Shown: piece after piece, positions 39,214 through 47,272 of the stretch
How positions within the stretch are numbered: position 1 is the first letter of the stretch
How the letters are laid out: each line of letters begins with the position of its first letter
Assembly: GCA_965237955.1 (NCBI GenBank)
Contig: OZ250169.1
Span: 4,256,001 to 4,320,000 of the forward strand
Length of the DNA: 64,000 nucleotides
Source of the DNA: Candidatus Marinacidobacterales bacterium
Lineage (GTDB): Bacteria > Acidobacteriota > Vicinamibacteria > Marinacidobacterales > SMYC01
Reading direction: 5' to 3'
Program-made: the position numbers and the translations under genes
Notes under the pieces: model-generated
Database searches by the model: none
What the model was told of the DNA's origin: nothing
Seen by the model: only the letters and a program-made list of their open reading frames with translations

Positions 39214-40752
39214 ATGCTCATGTGGATCCTGGCCGGTCTCGGAGTGGCTTTTGCGCTGCTGGTGATCTATGACGTTTCTCAGCGCGAGCACGCTATTCTG
39301 CGCAACTTTCCCATCTTCGGCCATTTCCGATACCTGTTCGAAATGCTCGGGCCCGAGCTTCGCCAATACATCGTTACCAGCAACAATGAGGAAAAGCCGT
39401 TCAGCCGTGACGAGCGAAGCTGGGTGTACGCGTCGGCGAAGAAACAGAACAACTACTTCGGCTTCGGCACCGACAACGATCTCGAGACGACGCCGAACTA
39501 CCTCATCATCAGGCACGCGGCGTTTCCGTATCCGACGCCTCGCGAAGGAGAGCCCGGTTACTCTCTGACCTACCGCGTGCCCGCCGCCAAAGTGCTCGGC
39601 GGGTACCGTCAACGCGAAAAAGCGTTCCGGCCCGACTCGGTCGTCAACCTTTCAGGCATGAGCTTCGGCTCGTTGAGCGCAAATGCGGTCGAAGCGATGA
39701 ACCGTGGTGCGCGCCTTGCGAACTGTCTCCAAAATACGGGCGAGGGCGGCATCGCACCACATCACCGGCATGGCGGGGCGCTCGTGTGGCAGATCGGGAG
39801 CGGCTACTTCGGTTGCCGCGCCGAAGACGGTGGGTTCAGCATGGAGCGTTTCCTCGAGACCGTGGAGGGAAACGACGTCCGTGCCATCGAGGTCAAGCTC
39901 AGCCAGGGCGCGAAGCCGGGGATGGGCGGCGTTCTGCCTGCGGCCAAAGTCACGCCGGAGATTTCCGGGATTCGTGGGATTCCATTGGGAAAGGACTGTC
40001 TCAGTCCGTCCGCGCACCGAGCGTTCGGCGACGAGGACGCCCTCCTGGATTTCGTCGAGCGCCTCGCGGACGCGACCGGGCTACCCGTCGGGATCAAGTC
40101 GGCGGTGGGGGAGATGGCCTTTTGGAAACGGCTCGCTCACCTGGTAGCGACCACCGATCGAGCGGTCGATTTCGTCACAATCGACGGAGGCGAGGGAGGA
40201 ACCGGTGCTGGACCGCTGGTGTTCACCGACCACGTCGCGCTCCCATTCAAGATCGGAATGAGCGAGGTCTATCGCGTCTTCCGCGAAGAGGACGTCGACG
40301 AGAAGATCGTGTTCATCGGGTCTGGTCGACTGGGGTTTCCCGAGAAGGCGCTCTTCGCTTTCGCGCTCGGGTGCGACATGGTGAACGTCGCGCGAGAAGC
40401 CATGCTCGCGGTCGGTTGCATCCAAGCTCAGCGCTGTCACACGGGACATTGTCCGACCGGGGTCGCCACCCAGAAGCGCTGGCTGGTGCGAGGGCTGGAC
40501 GTACCCTCGAAGGCCGAGCGGCTCGCGAACTACATCGTCACGCTCCGCAAAGAGCTGCTTCAGCTCTCTCGAGCGTGCGGCGTGCCGCATCCCGCTCTCA
40601 TCACCGCGGATCAGCTCGATATCGTCGATGACCGTCTGCGGACGAAGAGCGTCCGTGAGCACTTCGGCTATCGAGAAGGTTGGGGGCTTCCGTCGAGCGC
40701 GGACCAGGAAACCATCCGCGAAATCATGAGCCGCCCAGAACAAACTTCCTAG
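39214..40752 (+). CDS. FMN-binding glutamate synthase family protein
   Basis: Motifs are SGMSFGSLS, NTGEGG, EVKLSQGAKPG.GG, DGGEGGTGA and GCIQAQRCHTGHCPTGVATQ. Confidence 0.93.
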   Translation: MLMWILAGLGVAFALLVIYDVSQREHAILRNFPIFGHFRYLFEMLGPELRQYIVTSNNEEKPFSRDERSWVYASAKKQNNYFGFGTDNDLETTPNYLIIRHAAFPYPTPREGEPGYSLTYRVPAAKVLGGYRQREKAFRPDSVVNLSGMSFGSLSANAVEAMNRGARLANCLQNTGEGGIAPHHRHGGALVWQIGSGYFGCRAEDGGFSMERFLETVEGNDVRAIEVKLSQGAKPGMGGVLPAAKVTPEISGIRGIPLGKDCLSPSAHRAFGDEDALLDFVERLADATGLPVGIKSAVGEMAFWKRLAHLVATTDRAVDFVTIDGGEGGTGAGPLVFTDHVALPFKIGMSEVYRVFREEDVDEKIVFIGSGRLGFPEKALFAFALGCDMVNVAREAMLAVGCIQAQRCHTGHCPTGVATQKRWLVRGLDVPSKAERLANYIVTLRKELLQLSRACGVPHPALITADQLDIVDDRLRTKSVREHFGYREGWGLPSSADQETIREIMSRPEQTS

Positions 40753-40810
40753 ACCGAGCGAGAAAATCGCCCCTGGTGTCGTCTCTTGTAGAAGAAGGGG
40801 AGACTTGGGT

Positions 40811-41006
40811 ATGAGGGCACTACAGCGGCGCTGAGCTGGCAGAGATGCTGACGCGAGCGGCATTGGTAGATCGGCTGGGGGACCACTTGAATGTCTGCGA
40901 ACAGTGCCATTTCCTTTTGGCACTCGTTCGCCGCGCTCGAGGGGATCCGAGCGACGAACAGCGCGAAGTCACCATGGACGCCCTGAGAAACTGGGTGGAG
41001 TCTTAA
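40811..41006 (+). CDS. Small zf-HC2 (HxxxCxxC) protein, not in the ORF track; start at 40811 with a +1 G, or at 40845
   Basis: The frame reads HYSGAELAEMLTRAALVDRLGDHLNVCEQCHFLLALVRR...WVES*. A GGAG RBS precedes the ATG at 40811. Confidence 0.55.
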
Positions 41007-41608
41007 TCGGTGACGGAAGACAGCGCGGGGTAGTGTTCTTCCCTACAATCCTCGCACAGCGAATGGCTGAACATCGCGCTCGAGTTGTTCTCGATGTAAG
41101 TCTCGAGCCGGTGCCACGCGTCTTTGTCGTCACGGATCTTCTTGCAGTACATGCAGATGGGTAGGAGGCCCTGCAGTTGCTTTACGTGGGTGAGCGCGTT
41201 TTCGAGCTCCTCGATCTTGCCCGCGAGCTCCGATTGTAGCTCGAGCATCCTCGCACCGTTGGCGACCCGGCACCGCAACTCGTGGGGATCGTACGGCTTG
41301 GTGAGATAGTCGTCGGCGCCTGCCTCGAGGCCGGCGACGATGTCTTCGGGCCGGGTCTTCGTCGTCACGAGCATGACGTAAATGTAGGCGTCGCGTTGTT
41401 GGCTGCGAAGCTCGCGGCAGACGTCGATCCCGTCTCGGCCCGGCATCATCCAGTCGAGGATCACGAGCCTTGGAGGATCGGGTTTTTGCAGGATCTCCCA
41501 AGCTTCGCGGCCGTCCTCGACCGATACGACGCCGTAACCCGAACGTACCAGAGACACTTCGAGGAGCCTCCGGGACGTGGTGTCGTCTTCGGCAATCAGA
41601 ATCTCCAT
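41003..41608 (-). CDS. Response regulator (REC + coiled coil + Cys-rich tail)
   Basis: Motifs are ILIAEDD, ILDWMMP, GADDYLTKP and LPICMYCKKIRD...FSHSLCEDC. Confidence 0.9.
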   Translation of the reverse strand: MEILIAEDDTTSRRLLEVSLVRSGYGVVSVEDGREAWEILQKPDPPRLVILDWMMPGRDGIDVCRELRSQQRDAYIYVMLVTTKTRPEDIVAGLEAGADDYLTKPYDPHELRCRVANGARMLELQSELAGKIEELENALTHVKQLQGLLPICMYCKKIRDDKDAWHRLETYIENNSSAMFSHSLCEDCREEHYPALSSVTD

Positions 41609-41717
41609 GAGCGTGAAATCTTCTTTGATCCCAATCGGCAGGAACGTCGAGATCTTTAGCGACACTTCCGGTCGGCACTCGACCTCGTGCTATACTTTTC
41701 GATTCAAGGAGATACGG

Positions 41718-43100
41718 GTGTCGACCGCTTCGTTTCACTCGCTCGGATGCCGGCTCAATCAGACCGAGGCCGCCGTCCTGGCAGGAGCCTTCAAGGCGAA
41801 GGGCTATCAGATCGTAGACTGGGGTACGCCCGCCGACCTCGTCGTCATCAATACTTGCTCGGTCACCGAGCGGGGCGAGGCCGCCTGCCGCAGCGCGATC
41901 CGCCAAGCGCTCCGGCGCCAGCCCGAAGCCTTCGTCGTCGTCACCGGCTGCTACGCCCAGGTCGGCCTCGAGGCGCTGCGTTCGATTCGCGGCATCGACA
42001 TGATCGTGGGCACGGAGTACAAGGACAAGTTTCCGGCGTTCATCGGAGAGCCCCGAAAGCTCGACGATCCGGTCGTGCTCCATTCCGCCCTGATCGATGA
42101 TGCGGATTTCGAGGTTGCCGGCACGGGGCACTACCGCACGACGCGGGCGAACTTGAAGGTCCAGGATGGCTGCGATTTTTTCTGCTCGTTCTGCATCATC
42201 CCGTTCACCCGAGGGCGTGAGCGCAGCCGCAAGCTCTCGGACCTGCTGCGCGAGGCGAGGGAGCTGGCCGGGCAGGGCTACAAAGAGATCGTGTTGACCG
42301 GGGTCAACATTGGCCGCTATCGACAAGACGGCACGACGTTCGGCGGGATGATCCGACGGCTCGAGGAGATCGACGCGCTCGAGCGTATCCGGATAACGTC
42401 CATCGAGCCGACGACGATCGAGCCCTCGTTGGTCGAGCACATGGCGCGCTCGGAAAAGCTCTGCAACTACTTCCATATTCCGATCCAGAGCGCGAGCGAC
42501 ACCGTCCTCGACAAGATGAACCGCCGTTACACGCTGGCCGAGTATCGAGACTTCGTCGAACGCATCGTCGACACCGTTCCCGAAGTCGGTCTCGGGACCG
42601 ATGTCATCGTCGGTTTCCCGGGAGAGACCGACGCGACCTTCGAGGAGACGTATCGCTTCCTCGAGGCGCTACCGTTCGCGTACTTTCATGTGTTCAGCTA
42701 CTCCAAGCGTTACGGCACCAAGGCCGCTCGTCTCGACGGGCACGTGAGCCCTCACGTCATCAAGGAGCGAAGCCAGGCGTTGCGTGCGCTGTCGACCCAA
42801 AAACGTCGCGAGCTCGCGAGTCGCTACTTGGGAAGAAGTGTCGACGTGCTCTTCGAGCAACAAAACGAGAGTGGGTTGTGGACCGGTCTGACGAGCAACT
42901 ACCTCCGCGTGGGTGTGGTATCGCCCGAGCCGCTACGGAACGAGATCGAAAGCGTGACGATTCACGAGGTGCCTGACGAGATGACCGAGTTGGCGCTCGG
43001 TTCGCTCAACGCGATCGGGGGGCGAACAACCGCTCCGTCACCGACTCAGGCTTGGGAAACGGTAGAGAGTCGGCGTAGCGCACCGCCTCGTCTACAATGA
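41718..43100 (+). CDS. mtaB: tRNA t6A37 methylthiotransferase MtaB
   Basis: Motifs are LGCRLNQ.E, INTCSVT, VTGCYAQ, LKVQDGCDFFCSFCIIP, DVIVGFPGET and HVFSYS.R.GT.A. Confidence 0.9.
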   Translation: MSTASFHSLGCRLNQTEAAVLAGAFKAKGYQIVDWGTPADLVVINTCSVTERGEAACRSAIRQALRRQPEAFVVVTGCYAQVGLEALRSIRGIDMIVGTEYKDKFPAFIGEPRKLDDPVVLHSALIDDADFEVAGTGHYRTTRANLKVQDGCDFFCSFCIIPFTRGRERSRKLSDLLREARELAGQGYKEIVLTGVNIGRYRQDGTTFGGMIRRLEEIDALERIRITSIEPTTIEPSLVEHMARSEKLCNYFHIPIQSASDTVLDKMNRRYTLAEYRDFVERIVDTVPEVGLGTDVIVGFPGETDATFEETYRFLEALPFAYFHVFSYSKRYGTKAARLDGHVSPHVIKERSQALRALSTQKRRELASRYLGRSVDVLFEQQNESGLWTGLTSNYLRVGVVSPEPLRNEIESVTIHEVPDEMTELALGSLNAIGGRTTAPSPTQAWETVESRRSAPPRLQ

Positions 43101-44052
43101 CGGTGCACTCGAGATCGATTTTCTCGAGCACGTCCTGACCGAAGCCGCCCTTTCCCACTAGATAGTCCATATACAATTTGATCGGGTCGCGGGCTTCCCA
43201 GTACGTGCGCGTCTCGCCGGAGACGTAGGATGCGTCGTCATGCTCCCCGTGGCCCCGGAGGCGAAACGTCATGAGCTCGAGTAACGCGGGTCCTTGGCCG
43301 CTACGCGCATGGTCGATGGCCTTTTTCGCGTGCCGCATCACGCCGAACACGTCGTTTCCGAACGCGACGTCGCTGTACATGTTGAACGCCGGAGCGCGGT
43401 CCGACACTTTGGCGACGGGCATTTGTTTGTGGATCGGTGTGGAGTACGCGAACTGGTTGTTCTCGACGATGACGACCAGGGGAAGCTTGTGAATGGACGC
43501 GAAGTTCAACCCTTCGTAGAAATCACCGGGGCTGGTAGCGCCGTCGCCGGTAAACGCGACGTAAACGTTCGGCTGGCGCTTCATCTTGAACGCGAGAGCG
43601 AACCCGGCGCCGGAAGGAATCCAAGACGCCATCGAGCCGTTGTGGTACGGCGCGATACCGTGGCCTGCGAGGTCGGCGAGGAACAAACCGAGCTCGCGCC
43701 CATGCGACGGTGGGATGTCCTTGCCGAACCAGCGCGCGACGACATGCTTCGGCTCGATGCCCCGGTAGAACCACGCGGCGAGGCTCCGGGACACGGTGCT
43801 GAAGATGTCGTCCTTGTGCATCAACGCGGCGACGCCGGTGGCAATGGCCTCTTGGCCCGTACCGAGGTAGACGGCTCCGATGATCTTGCCCTGGCGGTAG
43901 AGAGACGCGAGCCGCGTTTCGAACGTGCGCGCGAGCCGCATCGCGCGGTACATGCGCACCAGCTCGTCTTCGCTGAGTTTCTGTTCGCCGGGATCGATCT
44001 CTAGAGCATCGAGCTCTGGGGGGAGAGGCTCGAGCTCGTAGGCCTTCGTCAT
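43006..44052 (-). CDS. TPP-dependent 2-oxoacid dehydrogenase E1 alpha subunit
   Basis: Motifs are GQEA, GDGATS.GDFYEGLN...ENNQFAYSTP and FRLRGHGEHD. Confidence 0.92.
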   Translation of the reverse strand: MTKAYELEPLPPELDALEIDPGEQKLSEDELVRMYRAMRLARTFETRLASLYRQGKIIGAVYLGTGQEAIATGVAALMHKDDIFSTVSRSLAAWFYRGIEPKHVVARWFGKDIPPSHGRELGLFLADLAGHGIAPYHNGSMASWIPSGAGFALAFKMKRQPNVYVAFTGDGATSPGDFYEGLNFASIHKLPLVVIVENNQFAYSTPIHKQMPVAKVSDRAPAFNMYSDVAFGNDVFGVMRHAKKAIDHARSGQGPALLELMTFRLRGHGEHDDASYVSGETRTYWEARDPIKLYMDYLVGKGGFGQDVLEKIDLECTVIVDEAVRYADSLPFPKPESVTERLFAPRSR

Positions 44053-44164
44053 TTCCAGTCTCCAGTCGCTGTTATTTGATCAGATCCAGCTTCCAGCTTC
44101 TAGTCCCCGGTCCCCAGCAGCTTTTTTCCACTCGCCACCGCACGTCGCTGGAAAAGCAAGAACT

Positions 44165-44302
44165 CACCGCAGAGCACGCAGGGCACGCAGAGACTCGCAG
44201 AGAAAAACGAAGAGGAAAACGCAAAGACGCTGAGATGCAAGGTCGCATAAGAAAGGATCAGCGCCGAAGGCGCTTCACTTTGCGCCTTCGCGCCTTTTCG
44301 CT
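44165..44302. repeat. REP-like element (copy 3, inverted) plus 9-bp cgcagag units
   Basis: gcgccgaaggcgcttcactttgcgccttcgcg is the reverse complement of the core of copies 2 and 4. Confidence 0.8.
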
Positions 44303-44862
44303 AAGAAAGATGTCGACCTCGGTGATCGGCTGGATTATTGCCGTCTAACGAGGTCCAACGCGTTTCTCTGAAATTGTTTGTTTTTTCCGAAGAAATCATG
44401 CTGGTGCGGCGCGAACTTGTTCCAAGGCCAAGAGATTGGGTTGTAGGGATCGTGGCGCGGCGCAATCGCAACCGAATGTGCCGGCTGCGACCGCCGGGCG
44501 GAACCGAGAGTGTTGAGGCGTTGTCGGAGCATGGATGTATTCTCGACTCTGCGTCCGTGCGCTATGACCTTGTCAATGGGTAGATACTACCGTCAGGCGT
44601 GCGCGACAAGCGAAGACTGCGGCGGGGTGGTCCACGCGACTGCGTCCGGACGGACTCGCACCGCGGAAACAAACTGCAACGAAACACAACGCAACACCGC
44701 ACGATCGAACCTGGTGCCCTGAGCCCCCGCCGGAGGCCCCGAGCGTAGCGAGGGCAACCTTGACTCGGGCGAGCACCGTGGGCCACTGACCAGGCGATGG
44801 CACGAGGGAGTGCTCTACCATCCGCGTCGTGAGTTGGTTGCGGCTTCGCTGCGCTGTGCGCC

Positions 44863-45210
44863 GTGCGTGCTCTGCCCGCAGCCCATACGGTGCGTGTCTT
44901 GCCGGTGAAAGTCCGGCCACAGGAGTTGGTCATGAGCCTGTGTAGTCATATTCGACGCTTCATAGAGGCGACTCTAGGAGGTGAAAGCTCGAAAGTACAA
45001 GTCCTTCTCGGTGTAGGGCAAGTAATCCACCGGGCCGCGGCATGAAGCGAACTTTGCAGCCTCGTTACGCAGACCCGCGTGAGAACCGACGTGCGTGGGA
45101 AGTGGGACACAGAGGGGACTATGGGCGAACTAGGAACCCGCTTGCTAAACGAAAGTGGCAATGTCGGTCACTCTCTCCCTACGGTTACACGCGCCTGCGC
45201 TCTAATCGGC
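44863..45210 (+). mobile_element. ORF-less, internally deleted group II intron remnant
   Basis: The 5' part GTGCG...gcagcccatacggtgcgtgtcttgccggtgaaagtccggcc...ggtgaaagctcgaaag...gaagcgaac resembles bacterial intron domain I. The 3' part ctatgggcgaactaggaacccgc...gaaag...gtcggtcactc...gcgcctgcgctcta resembles an extended domain VI. Recognised from memory only. Confidence 0.62.
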
Positions 45211-45359
45211 GGTGAGAAAAACTACCCGAGGCTCTGCCGCACCACTTCTTCCGAGAGCGTCAAGACGCACCGCTCATCCTCCAGCTTCTCGTCCACGTTG
45301 CGCTAAACGGAGCTTCGAGCAGAACGATTGGGACTGGGGACTCCTGACTGGCGACTGAT

Positions 45360-47094
45360 CTACTCCAGCCGGTAACGAAACCGGACCCGCCTCACCCCCG
45401 GCGCCACACGGAAGACGATCTCATGCGTTAGGCGCGACACCACTTGCCCGGTGTCCACGAGAAAGCTGCCGGCCAAGAACCCGGGGGCGCCGCGGAAGTC
45501 GAATCGCCAGACACCTTCCCCTCTCGGGTTTCTGGTCACGAAGCCTTCGACGATGTTCTCACCGCTACGCCCGGGCACCTCGTGTGTAGACCGGCCGCTG
45601 TTGTCGGTCACTGCGCTCGAGAACTCGTTGAAGGTGACTTGGGCCTGAGTGCTGCCGTCGCCAGGCGGAAGGTCGAGATGGCTCGTAAGGCGCGTGATGA
45701 TGCGGCGAGGTGAGCCAGGAGGCGCCATGAGCGGCACGGAAGTACGTTGACGATTCGAGGCGGATTCGCTCGGGCTGGTGACGGTCAGGTTAGCCGTATT
45801 CGTGTAGTTGCCCGACACCGGCGTCACCCGAATCGTGATGGAGCCGGTCGCGCCCGGGGCCAGCGAAGCGATCGTGCAGGTTACGACGGCGCCACCACCG
45901 CAGGCATCGACCGTGGCGGAGAACGTCACCGGTCCGAGGGTCAGCCCTGCTGGTATCGGGTCCGTTATCGTGATGCCGGTTGCCGGGGAGGCACCGGTGT
46001 TGGTGATGCTGATGTTGTAAGCGAACTCGACGCCTGCCGTCGCGGTCCCAGGACCCGACTTCACGATGCGAACGATCCGGCCGCTTCCTCCGCCGGGAGG
46101 CGGTGCGATAGCTTCGTCGACGATCACGTCCATCTCGAACGTGTCGGTGGCGCCGGCGCGCGTGGTCACCGTCAGCACGGCGCCAAAGACACCGGGTGCG
46201 TTATACACACGGTTCACGACGCGGCCTTCGCGTCCGCCTCGTCCGTCGTTGAAAACCCAGGCATAGGATTGGATTTCTTCGCGCGGCGGTTCGGTGCACG
46301 AGGCGTCAAAGCGAATCGAGCCCCCGACTCCGATCCGCGGCGGTGATGGAGACGTCTCGAAGCACGCCATTACCGCGGAGCTCGGTATCGACGTCGTTGG
46401 GGGGACACTGGTCGTGGCGGTCGTCGTCGTGACGCCACCCGGGATAGTGGTCGTGGAATTCCCCCCTCCTGCAGCGAGGACGCCACCGCCGACAGCGGCG
46501 CCGGCTGCGGCCACGCCGCCAATCAGCAGGCCACTGCCTCCCGTCGTACGACCGATCGCGGGGATCGTGGCCGCAATTCCTTCGGACAGAAACCCCGATG
46601 GCATGGCCGACCCTCCGCCGGTGGAGCCCACGGTGATGGCTCCGGTGCCATCGAGGTAGGCAGCGGGCGTCGGATTTTGCTCGCGACAGCTCGTTTCGTT
46701 CGATACGACCTCGGGAGTGTACTCCGCGGTGCGCACGGAGTTGAATGATGAATCCATGGCCTCGAGGTAGTAGTGCAAGCCGGTGATCTCGGGGCTTGGC
46801 TTGGGCAAGACGCCTTGGTAGACGTCACCCGCGGGGACCATCTCGACGTAAAAGAACTGCGGGTACAGATTCGCCCGGAAGTACGCCTTCACCGTCGTCA
46901 ACCCGTCAGTCGGCTCGACGAGGGCCTCGAGGATGAGGTGTTCGCCGGAGAGAACACATCGCAGGCCCGTCATGCAGAATCCGGGGGCCGGTCTGCGCCT
47001 CGATGGAAGGTGCACGAAGTGACAAGATGACGAATAGCGTTAGGACGGTATGAAAGTAACCTCGAGAGCGGGGCGGGCTGGGTCGGGGTCCCAT
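45360..47094 (-). pseudogene. Secreted PKD + DUF11 domain protein with a single frameshift near 46965
   Basis: A signal-peptide ORF (47094-46970) shifts into the long ORF, which has PKD (FDASC..Y.W.FNDG..Y..PG...LTVT) and DUF11 (YNISITNTG...A.GITITDPIPAGL). Confidence 0.72.
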
Positions 47095-47272
47095 GATGAA
47101 TCCTCCTGAGCCGGCAACGTGTCCGTCGGTGCGGCGGGCGCGCTAACTATAGAAGCCACCTGAGGGGGCAGGCAAGCAAATCTTGCTTACCGAGCCATTT
47201 CGGCTCGTGAGCTAGATCACATTCGTAAAAAAATCGGGTTTGTCAGGTCTCGTCAAGTGCAGCCACGTCAGG

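Noticed and set aside
44335-44532. Small ORF or attC-like cassette near GTCTAAC
   Set aside because: There is no matching GTTRRRY partner forming a stem, no integrase, and no convincing protein motif.
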